A DNA stretch of 64,000 bases from Scyliorhinus canicula. Taxonomy: Eukaryota. A program made the translations under genes and the position numbers. The notes beneath the pieces were generated by a model. The model was not told where the DNA came from. It searched no databases and saw only the letters and a program-made list of their open reading frames with translations. How positions within the stretch are numbered: position 1 is the stretch's first letter; every line of letters starts with the position of its first letter. This document shows, in pieces, positions 10,721 through 21,763 of the stretch. The DNA lies in the NCBI RefSeq assembly GCF_902713615.1, contig NC_052151.1:220746863-220810862 (forward strand). Direction: 5' to 3'.

Positions 10721-11016
10721 CCCCCGGAACCTGCGCTCCTCCCTATTACTCTCCTCAGAAATTATGTCCAATCATTCGACACAGTGTGGCGGGAAATAAC
10801 TAAATAATAAGGTTGAATTTTCAGAGTTTTCTTTCGAGCAGATTACGAGAGTCAATTCGCCTGGTGGATTACAGCTGACAATATTCATAGATGGAAGATA
10901 ATTGGAAATATTTGACATGAAATGTGCACATGGTACCTGGGGTCCATATATATATTTTATTTCCTGCAGCAACATGGTGTGCTGTGGTCAGAAACGCATT
11001 GCCTGAAATAATTATC

Positions 11017-11355
11017 TTAGAATTTACAGTGCAGAAGGAGGCCATTCGGCCCATCGAGTCTGCACCGGCTCTTGGAAAGAGCACCCAAGGTCAACGAATC
11101 CACCCGATCCCCATAACCCAGTAACCCCACCTAACACTAAGGGCAATTTTGGACACTAAGGGCAATTTATCATGGCCAATCCACCTAATCTGCACATCTT
11201 TGGACTGTGGGAGAAAACCGGAGCACCCGGAGGAAACCCACGCACACACGAGGAGGATGTGCAGAGTCCGCACAGACAGTGACCCAAGCCAGAATCGAAC
11301 CTGGGACCCCGGAACTGTGAAGCAATTGTGCTATCCACGATGCTACCGTGCTGCC
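11017..11355 (-). mobile_element. HE1/V-SINE copy, full length and young
   Basis: Near-exact reverse complement of the 2391, 2947 and 56443 copies. Confidence 0.88.
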
Positions 11356-11559
11356 CGTTATGTTAGCAGAATGATAACATCTTGGAGAATTGAATTGAGT
11401 GCATGCTGGAGCACCAAATTAAGTATGTTAACGGTTGAGATTTATAGATTTTCACGAGTACGGAATCAATGATTAGATCCATTGAATCCCCACAGTGCAA
11501 ATGAGGTATATCCATCCATCCCGTTTGAACCGACTCCCTGAAAGAAGACGCTACATTGG

Positions 11560-11800
11560 GTGGCACTCCCCCGCCAATCCATTGGATTGGACAGCATCTT
11601 TAGACATTAAGTGGCAATTTAGCATATGCCAATCTGCCGAAGCTGGAGATCTTTGAACTCAGGAGGAAAGCGGAGGACACGGAAAAATCCCACACAGGCA
11701 CAGGGAGAACTTACAAACTCCCCATAGACAGTCCCCCAAAGCTAGAATTGAACCCAGGTCTCTCGCACTGTGAGGCAGCAGTGCTAATCTACCATGCCAT
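11560..11800 (-). mobile_element. Degenerate V-SINE-type copy
   Basis: tggcaatttagcat..ccaatc, caaactccccatagacag, tgtgaggcagcagtgcta. Confidence 0.6.
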
Positions 11801-11949
11801 TATGGACAATTAAGTGGAGTTGAGTATTTCGTCAGAATAGCCATCTAATAGCAGGCGGAGCAGTCTTGCCAAGTGGCCTATTCTGCTCCTACGCATTATG
11901 ATCCAAACTGGCAGACCATCCGAAGTTAGCAATTTAAATCGCTTCTATC

Positions 11950-12500
11950 GGACCGCTGCCTGCCAAGCAGAATTGTCCAGAGGAAGCTAGCCCTTCTGAA
12001 CAATGTCCGGGCAAACCATTAGGTGGGAACTTCCTAGATGGATTCCCCAGCTCATCATTGGGTGCCCCCTAAATGCGACGACGCCTGAAATCCAGAGAAT
12101 TATAGGCATCGCTCTCGCATTGGAGTAAAAGGGGATTTGAACGGATTCTTCCTTGCGGCACAGAACACATTTGGGTCCAATTCTTGCCCGTCTGACCCAA
12201 CGAGCTCTGAATCTCGCGCTGGTACGGGTCTTCAGTCTGCTGGAATTGTAAACCGTAACAGGGAAGTGGTGGTGACAGGCGCCTCAGATGGGGCATCTGT
12301 TTTGCAGTCATTGTAAAACTGAGCTTCTACAGCATCGGCTACCCACATTTCCGGTGTGCTTCCATACAAAATTGCCCTTGAGAACACAAAGGTGACTAGT
12401 TTGTTGAATCCACATTGATGGCTTGCTATTCCAGTTCTATGATAGATTGATAATCGGTCGAGAGGTAGCCCCAGGAACATCCGTCCTCGATGGGGAACTT
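11950..12500 (-). mobile_element. Decayed Tx1/L1-like ORF2 C-terminal fragment
   Basis: Minus strand reads ..GPKCVLCRKEESV / LLLQC across a frameshift, resembling the CxxC...HxxxxC finger of non-LTR ORF2. Confidence 0.4.
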
Positions 12501-12514
12501 TTGGCGCAATATCA

Positions 12515-12740
12515 GTGAACTAGTAAAACCTAGGTTCAAATCCCACTACAGCAGATGGTTAAATTTGAGTTCCATACAAATTTGTAAGCAATGGTTTAAG
12601 GATTTCCGTCCCCTTTTCTGAGAAATCTCACCTGGTGTGCTAATGTTACTTAGAGTAGGAAGTTTGCTATTCTTACCTGATGGAGCTCCAGAACCCAGCG
12701 AAATTGTTAATCATGGAATGCTCTATCAAGCCATTCAGAA
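12515..12740 (+). mobile_element. Degenerate LF-SINE-like element
   Basis: ggttcaaatcccac.acagcagatgg..aaatttga.tt and cacctgg..ctaatgt..ttagagtaggaa parallel the 38.3-kb copy. Confidence 0.5.
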
Positions 12741-13276
12741 GAAATGGACAACAAATGATAGGTCAACCAAAAAATGTATTATCGACGCAATAATTATTGA
12801 TCCAAGATTGTGACGTTTATTTAATTACATTTTCATTACATTGTGGGGGATTGTGTTTTCACCTAATGCAATGGGGTATTTACTTCAGAACTCTGGATTA
12901 GTAGCCTAGGAAGGTTATTATGGTGCTGCCATATTTGAGGGACAAACGCGAACTCAAGGGTTAACATATTCAGTATTTGCTGTTTGTCTGAAAAGTGTGC
13001 AAATCGGCACCTGCATCAAAGCGCAAACTGCCTTGAAAGCATTCAGAAACCGCACTCAGGAAACAGGTGTCCAAGACTGCATCATATCTGGAGAGTCCTC
13101 TCAAATTTTCAAATGGCACATTGTTCCTGACCTATTTAAGACCGGCAGTATTTTTCTGTTGCGGAAGTACACGACTGCTTAATGCTGCAGAGGTTACAGC
13201 GAGTTCTCAGAGAATGATAACAGAAACTCTAGCCTTCAGCAATAATGAGAGACTGGAGAGACAGATGGCATTTTTG

Positions 13277-14290
13277 TTTCGGGACAAGAGGTGTTTTTCA
13301 TTTTGGATACAATGATCCAGTTCAGGGACAAAAGGTGTTTTTCATATTGGATTCAATGATCGAGTTCAGGGACAAAAGGTGTTTTTCATATTGATTACAA
13401 TGATCCAGTTCAGGGACAAAAGGTGTTTTTCATTTTGGATACAATGATCCAGTTCAGGGACAAAAGGTGTTTTTCATATTGGATTCAATGATCGAGTTCA
13501 GGGACAAAAGGTGTTTTTCATATTGATTACAATGATCCAGTTCAGGGACAAAAGGTGTTTTTCATATTGGATACAATGATCCAGTTCAGGGACAAAAGGT
13601 GTTTTTCATATCGGATACAATGATCCAGTTCAGGGACAAAAGGTGTTTCTCATATCGGACACAATGATCCAGTTCAGGGACAAAAGGTGTTTTTCATATT
13701 GGATACAATGATCCAGTTCAGGGACAAAAGGTGTTTTTCATATTGGATTCAATGATCGAGTTCAGGGACAAAAGGTGTTTTTCATATTGATTACAATGAT
13801 CCAGTTCAGGGACAAAAGGTGTTTTTCATATTGGATACAATGATCCAGTTCAGGGACAAAAGGTGTTTTTCATATCGGATACAATGATCCAGTTCAGGGA
13901 CAAAAGGTGTTTCTCATATCGGACACAATGATCCAGTTCAGGGACAAAAGGTGTTTTTCATATTGGATACAATGATCCAGTTCAGGGACAAAAGGTGTTT
14001 TTCATATTGGATACAATGATCCAGTTCAGGGACAAAAGGTGTTTTTCATATTGATTACAATGATCCTGTTCCGGGACAAAAGGTGTTTTTCATGTTGATT
14101 ACAATGATCCAGTTCAGGGACAAAAGGTGTTTTTCATATCGGATACAATGATCCAGTTCAGGTACGAAAGGTGTTTTTCATATTGGATACAATGATCCAG
14201 TTCAAGGACTAAAGGTGTTTTTCATATAGGATACAATGATCCAGTTCAGGTACAAAATGTGTTTTTCATATTGGATACAGATGATCCAAT
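13277..14290. repeat. 44-bp minisatellite, about 23 copies, with higher-order organisation
   Basis: Unit gatacaatgatccagttcagggacaaaaggtgtttttcatattg repeated head to tail with no spacers; degenerate at both ends. Confidence 0.95.
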
Positions 14291-14949
14291 TCAGAGAATC
14301 TTTTGATAGAGTAGCAATGGGAAACTCTTCCAACTGCAGTCACTGTGGTGACCAGATGACGCATGAAGGGAAAATTACGAGGAGGCGGATGATGGGGTGG
14401 GTGGGGGGATTGTCTCTGTCAGTGTGCTGCAATGATTCAGATGAAACATCCAGAAATGGTGAGGGCAGCAGATTTGATCACAACATTCAGTCAAGAATTG
14501 TTCAAATATTTGCCACGGAAAAAAGTGGAAAGCAGAATATTCAAACGATTGGGTAGCTCTTAAAAGTCACCGCTAGATTTAGTGATGATCTGTAGTTCTG
14601 CATCATTCCACGCTCAGATGAAAATGTTAAGCTCTCGTCTTCATGGTAACAACGAGATAAATACCACCAGGTGTGTTAAATATCTGCTCACTATCTGTCA
14701 CAGACTTCTTTACCGAAGGCTGTAGTGGAGTCACAGCGTCATCTGGTGCCAATATCAATCAAGCACAAGAGGCTGAAATGTATCTCTTATTCCAGGTATC
14801 TCTGGTCACGGACATTGTGCGGATTTGTTTCAATGATGTCAATGAATCTCAACCTCTTCTCTATCAATGTTGTAGAAAAGGAACTAAATTTTAAGCGGCA
14901 GCAATTGCCCTTTATGGAGGAGGGTTCCAAATCTCAGTTGTTTCTGAGT

Positions 14950-16020
14950 ACAAGTGCTTCCTGAGATCTCTCCTGAATAGCCTAGCCAGAATTTTTAGAC
15001 TTTGCCTCCTAGTTTTAAAATGTCCAACTATGTAAATAGTTTAGATTCATCTACACTGTCAATTCCTGCCAATACCCTAAAGAGTTCGATCAGGTCACCC
15101 CCTAACATCTACTTTCTGGAGAAAACAGGCCGAATTAAAATAATCTCTCCTCATAGCTTATTCGCTGCTCTCCCGGCATTATGCTTGTAAACCTACATTA
15201 CAAACCATCCAAGTTCGAAATAGCCTTTCTGAGATACCGAGATCTGCACATGGTACCCCTCGTGGGGTTTAAATAGGGCTTTTCAAAACTGCAGCGCAAT
15301 TATTGGTTCCCAGTACTCCAGATATAAAAGCCACCATTTCATTCGCCTTCGTGATTAATTTTGTGGCATTTTAAAGATCTATGTACCTGAAGCCCGAAGT
15401 TTCTTAGGGCACCCAATGAATTTAGCTTCACAGCATCTAGAAAGTATCCTTCTCTATTCCTTTTTGGTCCACAATAGGTGACCTCACAACTGCTTACACT
15501 GAAATCCATCTACCACAGTTCTGCCCATTCACTTAGTTTATTAATATTACTTTGTACTTTTATGCTGTCTACAACGACATTCAACTTTGAGTCATCAGAA
15601 CATTTAGATTTAGTACTTCCTATGCCATTGGTCAAGTCGTGAATTAATAATTTGAACAATTGAAGCACTAACAATTGAGGCCCTTTGGGACACCACCAGT
15701 CACATCCGGCCAATTTGACTACCTACCCATTATCGCTACTTTCTGTAGCATGTCGCAACCAATTTTCCACCCATGTAATTTGCCCTCATTTCAGTGAGCT
15801 TCTTTACGAGTTACCAGTTTGTTAGCCTGGACTTCATTAAATGTCTTCTGGAAGTTCATATAAACTACATCCAGATATATTCTACTATCCACTACCTTAG
15901 ACAACCCTTAAAAAAACCTCAGTGAATGTTTACCAGGTAAACCTACCTGTCAGGACTCCACGTTGGGTCTTCCTGATAAATCCTTGATTAGAGATTCCAA
16001 CAATTTCCCCATCACATACT
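14950..16020 (-). mobile_element. CR1-clade LINE RT fragment, decayed
   Basis: Minus strand GPQLLVLQLF..IHDL..SKCSDDSKL..W, a degenerate GVPQGSVLGP..FADD motif series. Confidence 0.65.
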
Positions 16021-16402
16021 TTAGGCTGGTTCTAATGTTATCATAAAGTGTTCCTCTCCGAAACCCTTGACTTTATTTTTAAGCAGATCCTAATTGGTGA
16101 ATATCACGCCAATTCTGATGCACTACAACAACCAAAGAGCCACCTGAAACCAGGAAGTACTTGGGTAGGATTAGAAATGTTAAGATACACTGGTGACGCT
16201 GAACGTTTGAAGTACTGCAAAGCTAACGAAGCCAACGAGGACAATTAGCCTTGTCCTAATTACGCGTTCTGCAACAAATATCAAACATCATATCAAAAAC
16301 ACCTGTGTCCCCAAATGTGAACTGAGTAAACGGTTTATCTCACATAAAGAATTCTTTCTGTTCTCACGGTACTGTATGGTAATACGATATTTCCTTTGGA
16401 AC

Positions 16403-16441
16403 GGTTTTTGTCAGGGTTTCTGGTGTGTGTGCAGCGCTGTG
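16403..16441 (-). other. 23-RSS of V-d: CACAGCG, 23 nt, ACAAAAACC
   Basis: Heptamer 16435-16441, spacer 16412-16434 (23 nt), nonamer 16403-16411. Confidence 0.95.
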
Positions 16442-17271
16442 CTCCATCACTGGCGGCGCAGAAATACACAGCCGAATCTCCAGGTTTAACCTTCTTGATC
16501 GTCAGCGTGGACATCTTATCTTCCATTGTCCGTGTAATTTCAAATCCAGGTTTGAAACCCTTCTCATATTGCGCTTCGCTGCCTTTGTAGCTGGACCCGA
16601 CGAGCGTGAGCCCTTGTCCAAGTACTTGCCGATACCAGAGCATCATATTCCGCAAAGTGTCATTCTGATAGCAATTTAACACGGCCTCTTGTCCCTGTTG
16701 GACAGCGATAGCAGCCGGCCACTGATGTATCAGATCGGCAAGCAGACATTCTGATAGAAAAACAAACAGGTCAGTTTTACTAACCAGATTAATTCCATTA
16801 CTTTCCAGACATTTTCAATTGCTGCTTGGGCGAATAACCGACTACAGAATGGGCAGCCCATGTACACCCGGTTTCTTTCAATATCTGGAGATCGTACCTA
16901 ACTTAACTCGAGACGTGTGCTGCACCAGCAAAACAAAAATGTGAGAATTAATACTTTAAGTCAAAAGAAGCAAATTATGCAGGTTTTAGCTGAACCGATA
17001 ATATCTGCTATCAATCCATCTTATGGGAATCAAAATAATATTAATTGCAGTTCCTAAAAACTTTGCACCGAATATAATGTGAGATCGTTGCTGGTTTATA
17101 TGTTTCATCGCGCATTCACAATTCCCCCGTTATAACATCATGAAACGCCAGAATATAATTTCTAAATTGATTCGTAGAAAACACGAGGGAAGAACAAAGC
17201 TGATAAATAGTCGCTGTCCCCTTACTTGGGGCCAGATATAGCAGGGACAAAGTCAGCAGTTTTAGATGCAT
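16442..17271 (-). CDS. TRBV: T-cell receptor V gene segment V-d (family A, TRBV-like), apparently functional. Leader 17226-17271, V exon 16442-16750
   Basis: Leader MHLKLLTLSLLYLAP + A|gtaag; acceptor ctatcag|AA; V exon CLLADLIHQWPAAIAVQQGQEAVLNCYQNDTLRNMMLWYRQVLGQGLTLVG..YEKGFK..DSAVYFCAASDG; the CAAS end and 23-RSS fit a beta chain. Confidence 0.93.
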
Positions 17272-17699
17272 GTCTGAAGGCAGTCGAAGATCTAATGGTG
17301 CTCTCAGGGCTCAGGTTTGAAGGGAAGCTGCTGGTTCCGCCCATGCACACGTGAGATTCGATATCTCGTCAGCGAGTAGAACAGGACAAGTCCCACATTT
17401 GCCTTGGCTCTCTTCCTGTCACAAGACAATCATTGCCTTTATCGAACCTGCAATGTTTCTTTAAGGGAAGCCACAGCGAGAAACTTGTTCACAACATAGT
17501 CCGCTTACCAGTTCTGGGCCCTCAATCGGCTAATGTGTTTTTTGTGTTGATGGTTGAAGGATATTTATTGGTTTCGATACCAGCAGAAATTCCGAACCGT
17601 TCTTGTCAAAACGAACAGCGGGGTGGTGGGGGAGGAGGGTGGGAGAATTAATATTCAACTGAGAACGCCTGATTTCATTATTCCTTCAGCAACATTGCA

Positions 17700-18230
17700 G
17701 TCCTTCTCAGTATTGCACTCGATGCTGCTCGAAAACTTTGCCCACGTAATGTCTTTTCAGGATCGCAACGGCGTTTCCGTACGTGGTCGAGTCGTCGATT
17801 AGTAAAAAGATTCTGTGGCTCCCCCGGGCATTGAGGAGACTCAGCTGGTGTGCCTCGGTGACGGCAGGTGAGTAGATGTAGGCGTGGTGGGCCTCTGAGC
17901 AGTGGAGCCAATGTGAGATGATTCCATTGGCTTCAGCTGCCTGTGCGTCGAGTTCTAGTCGATCAGGTTTGAGGGCTGCTTCCATTGCGATATCTTAGCT
18001 TATTAAATTGATGCGACCATCAATTCACACGAGAGATTAGCAGAAGTGAACAGTGGTTTTTATAAGCTAGATCTTTGCGTGCCTGCGACTGCTCTGTACT
18101 GAGTGCAGCCTACAGGCTTCAGGGTTTATGTATCACCTCAGAGGGGGCAGAGCCATAGGCGGAGCCCACAGGGGCATGAACATAATACAGTACAACACAG
18201 TGGTGAATTGCAGTAGCAATACATTCACCA
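17700..18230 (-). mobile_element. Truncated Gypsy-type LTR element: LTR 18009-18230 plus gag N-terminus
   Basis: LTR with TG..CA ends; downstream MEAALKPDRLELDAQAAEA..W..LLNARGSHRIFLLIDDSTTYGNAVAILKRHY looks like a gag N-terminus. Confidence 0.65.
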
Positions 18231-18329
18231 CTGAAAGGTCAAGGGGAGATGAGGATAAATAATGAGGATGAGAAAGATATCAGCTATGATTGAATGATTG
18301 AGGGGCCTCACGCTATGATTGAGGGGTCT

Positions 18330-18665
18330 CACGGTAGCATGGTGGTTAGCATCAATGCTTCACAGCTCCAGGGTCCCAGGTTCGATTCCCGGCTGGGTCA
18401 CTGTCTGTGTGGAGTCTGCACGTCCTCCCTGTGTGTGCGTGGGTTTCCTCCGGGTGCTCCGGTTTCCTCCCACAGCCCAAAGATGTGCGGGTTAGGTGAA
18501 TTGGCCATGCTAAATTGCCCGTAGTGTAAGGTTAATGGGGGGATTGTTGGGTTACGGGTATACAGGTTACGTGGGTTTAAGTAGGGTGATCATTGCTCGG
18601 CACAACATCGAGGGCCGAAGGGCCTGTTCTGTGCTGTACTGTTCTATGTTCTATGTTCTATGTCG
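18330..18665 (+). mobile_element. HE1/V-SINE copy (second subfamily)
   Basis: tRNA head, V-domain, tail gggggattgttgggttacggg..ctcggcacaacatcgagggcc; near-identical to 37895-38145. Confidence 0.85.
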
Positions 18666-19184
18666 GAGCAGATTCGATGGGCCGAGCGGCCTAATTGCGC
18701 TCCAATGTTTTATGATATTACGGGCGTTTAGTCTTATTAAAGTTTTCGAATAAAAAGAACTGATTCAGAGATCTCTATCGCAGCGTTCACTTCTAATTCA
18801 GCACTTTCTCAAACTCATAAATTTCCACTGTTAGTTCTGACTTTTAATCACATACAAAGAACATGATTTAATTTCCAACCATGTTCATTAAAAACACTTG
18901 AAATCCAGTTATAGGAAGCGAAGGACGTGGAATGTTGTCACATGTTGCAAATGAATTTAAGATGGAGTCAGGCGTGGTTTTGTACAGTTGTGCAGCGTTT
19001 TGATGAGATGGTTTCGAGATGAATGTGTACCATACTGGACTCGTTAATTAAGGTCCCTTAGTGGAACACAGCCCGATAGAAATTAGAGTTTATTTATTTT
19101 AGCTACGTGGAAGACAAAGTCACAGGACTACGGATTAATGTGCAATTAAATAACATTTATTTTATTAAATATACAGAAAATATA

Positions 19185-19410
19185 TCAGCGCGGTGGCGCA
19201 TTGGTTAGCACTGCTGCTTCACGGCACCGAGGTCCCAAGTTCGATCCTGGCTCTGGGTCACTGTCCGCGAGGAGTTCGCAGATTCTTCCAGTGTTAGCAT
19301 GGGTTTCACTGACACAGCGTAAAGGTGTGCACGGCAGTTGAATTGGCAACGCTAGATTGCCCCTCAATTGTAAAAAATGAATTGGGTACTCCACATTTAT
19401 AAAAATTAGA
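19185..19410 (+). mobile_element. V-SINE copy (short subfamily ending aattgggtactc..aaaaa)
   Basis: ggtggcgcattggttagcactgctgc..gttcgatcctggctctgggtcactgtc; related to 44472-44697. Confidence 0.75.
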
Positions 19411-19659
19411 AAATAATAATAATAAACTGATAGTAACTGGATGACGCAATTCCTTTACCTCAGATATCTTCGAGGTGCATAGAGGTATTTAACAATAGTA
19501 CCGGTCACAAAATATAACTGACATCTTCAGTTAGTGCACAGCACATGTTTACAATTGGCGGCGGCGAGCGAGGAGGTCGCAGGGAGAGGGGCTCCCGCAA
19601 GCGGTGGACAGCAGGAGGAACAGCCCCCCCCCCCCCCGACAGGCCGGACGGCGGAGGAG

Positions 19660-20445
19660 GAGCGCCGGCGGAGGTGCCGGAGCGGGAGCCGAGGAGCCGA
19701 GGAGCCGGAGCGGAGGAGCCGAGGAGCCGGAGCGGAGGAGCCGAGGAGCCGGGGCGGAGGAGCCGAGGAGCCGGAGCGGAGGAGCCGGAGCGGAGGAGCC
19801 GAGGAGCCGGAGCGGGAGCCGAGGAGCCGGAGCCGAGGAGCCGGAGCGGAGGAGCCGAGGAGCCGGAGCGGAGGAGCCGGAGCGGAGGAGCCGGAGCGGC
19901 GACAGGGGGGCCCAACAGCAGCAGGTCCATCCCCTCTCCCTCCCCCCCCCCCCCACGCGGGCCAGGAGCGGTGCGGCGGCGGCCCCTCTTCTCTCCCCCC
20001 CCCCCACGCGACCCAGGAGCGGTGCGGCGGCGGCGGCCCCTCTTCTCTCCCCCCCCCCCCTCCACGCGGGCCAGGAGCGGTGCGGCGGCGGCGGCCCCTC
20101 TTCTCTCCCCCCCCCCCCCACGCGGGCCAGGAGCGGTGCGGCGGCGGCGGCCCCTCTTCTCTTCCCCCCCCCCCCCAGCCAGCAGCGGGGACCCCCCCCC
20201 AGCCAACAGCGGGGACCCCCCCCCCAGCCAGCAGCGGGGACCCCCCCCCCAGCCAGCAGCGGGGACACAACCCCCCCCCCCAAGCCAGCAGCGGGGACAC
20301 AACCCCCCCCCCCCCCACCCAGCAGCGGGGACACAACCCCCCCCCCAGCCAGCAGCGGGGACACAACCCCCCCCCCCAGCCAGCAGCGGGGACACAACCC
20401 CCCCCCCCAGCCAGCAGCGGGGACCCCCCCCCCCCCAACCAGCAG
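19660..20445 (+). repeat. Three nested GC-rich tandem arrays in the L1 5'UTR
   Basis: ~12/21-bp cggagcggaggagccgaggagc units (19660-19905); four ~60-bp cacgcgggccaggagcggtgcggcggc..cccctcttctc units (19930-20175); about nine agccagcagcgggga(cacaa)Cn units (20175-20445). Confidence 0.9.
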
Positions 20446-20620
20446 CGACCACCGGCCCACTCGCCCCTCCCCCCCCCCCAACTGCTGTGACCACCACGTG
20501 GCAAAGACAAAGGGACTCTCTCTCCTGGTTGAGTGGGGAAAAAAGAAAAAAGAGACTTGTATTTCTGTTCTTCCCAAAAGAAAACTGGTAAAGAGAAAAG
20601 GGGTAGGGGAAATAAATTTA

Positions 20621-20661
<41 letters not shown>

Positions 20662-20737
20662 TAGATATATAATAATAAATAAAATAAAAATAGGGTGCGG
20701 AAAAGGGGGAAAAAGAAGAACAAGGAGAGAAGAAAAG

Positions 20738-21763
20738 ATGAAGGGGAAGGGGGAGAAAAAAGTGCCAGAAAGGAGCCAAGAGAAAGGGGGCACCGGAAGT
20801 AGACTGGGCAAAGGGAAAGCCAGCTCGGGCGAACGAGTCAACACGCGAAGCGGCGGGAAGGATGCTTCGCCGCATCCAGAAGAGCTGGACGGGCGGGCAA
20901 CCTCTCCCCTGGGGTTAGAGGGGGGCGTGAATTGGAAGGAAGCCTTTGCCGAGGTGGTGAGGGAGCAGCTGCAGGCATTCAAGGCAGAGTTAAAAGCAGA
21001 CGCAGAGGCCGCAGCACAGGCAGCAGTGACCAGGGCCATGTCAGGGGTGCAGCAGGTTCTGACCAGATTGGAGAAGAAAGTGGATGCCCAAGGGAAGATA
21101 CTGGAAGCCCAAGGGAAGATACTGGAAGCCCAGGGGGCAACCATTAAAGAGCTGGAGAAGGCAGCGACTGACGCGAGCGACCGGGTCATATCCCTGGAGA
21201 GGGGAATGGTGAAACTGAGTGCAACACAGGGGAGCCTGAAGGGCAGGGTAGACGACCAGGAGATCAGCTCGAGAAGGCAAAATATCAAGATAGTGGGCCT
21301 GCCAGAGGGGATAGAGGGTAGAAATCCCACAACATTCGTGGCTGCGATGCTGGGCTCCTTAGTGGGGCGGGAAACTTTTCCCACCCCACCGGAAATGGAC
21401 AGAGCTCATCGGTCACTGCGCCCGAAGCCCAAGGAAGGGGAAAAACCGAGAGCAGTTATAGCCAGACTGCACCGGTACCGGGATAGGGAGACAATCCTGC
21501 GCTGGGCCAAGGAGAATAGAGCCTGCAATTGGGACGGGCACGCCATCCGAATCTACGAGGATTTTGGAGCGGACATAGCTAAGAGACGGGCGGAGTTCAA
21601 CAGAGCGAAAGCAGCTCTCTATAAGAACAAAGTACGTTTTGGTATGCTGTACCCAGCAAAACTCTGGGTCACATACCAACACAAGGAATATTTCTTTACA
21701 GCCCCTGCCGAGGCGAATAGATTCGTCGAGGAGCACGGGCTGGAAAAACGCCATGGGAAGTAG
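20738..21763 (+). CDS. L1 ORF1p (341 aa; coiled coil, RRM, CTD)
   Basis: First ATG of the element; heptads AQGKILE-AQGKILE-AQGATIK, then SRRQNIKIVGLPEG, RAHR, VIARLH and RFGMLYPAKLWVT motifs of the L1 ORF1 (Transposase_22) family. Confidence 0.88.
   Translation: MKGKGEKKVPERSQEKGGTGSRLGKGKASSGERVNTRSGGKDASPHPEELDGRATSPLGLEGGVNWKEAFAEVVREQLQAFKAELKADAEAAAQAAVTRAMSGVQQVLTRLEKKVDAQGKILEAQGKILEAQGATIKELEKAATDASDRVISLERGMVKLSATQGSLKGRVDDQEISSRRQNIKIVGLPEGIEGRNPTTFVAAMLGSLVGRETFPTPPEMDRAHRSLRPKPKEGEKPRAVIARLHRYRDRETILRWAKENRACNWDGHAIRIYEDFGADIAKRRAEFNRAKAALYKNKVRFGMLYPAKLWVTYQHKEYFFTAPAEANRFVEEHGLEKRHGK

Noticed and set aside
12069-12480. DIRS tyrosine recombinase (CESDAY resembling W.S.AY)
   Set aside because: No HSxR or RHRY tetrad found; the neighbouring CxxC..LLLQC fits a non-LTR ORF2 zinc finger better
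13277-14290. 44-bp array as a CRISPR array
   Set aside because: Units are contiguous with no unique spacers, there are no cas genes, and the context is eukaryotic
1-17271. V genes as IgH, IgNAR or NAR-TCR segments
   Set aside because: No IgH WVRQ/LEW/YYCAR or NAR motifs; each has its own leader; CAAS/CACS ends and WYRQ..G.GL/LFYS patterns fit TCR beta
18975-19002. Possible 12-RSS (tggttttgt + 12 nt + cgttttg)
   Set aside because: Heptamer would read CAAAACG, lacking the essential CAC; no D or J (FGxG) coding segment adjacent
19505-21384. Long Gly/Pro/Arg-rich ORFs (318-611 aa) on both strands and the 719-aa GTG-started extension of ORF1
   Set aside because: They arise from GC-rich tandem repeats lacking stop codons; frames depend on homopolymer and (TA)n lengths; no ATG in the element before 20738
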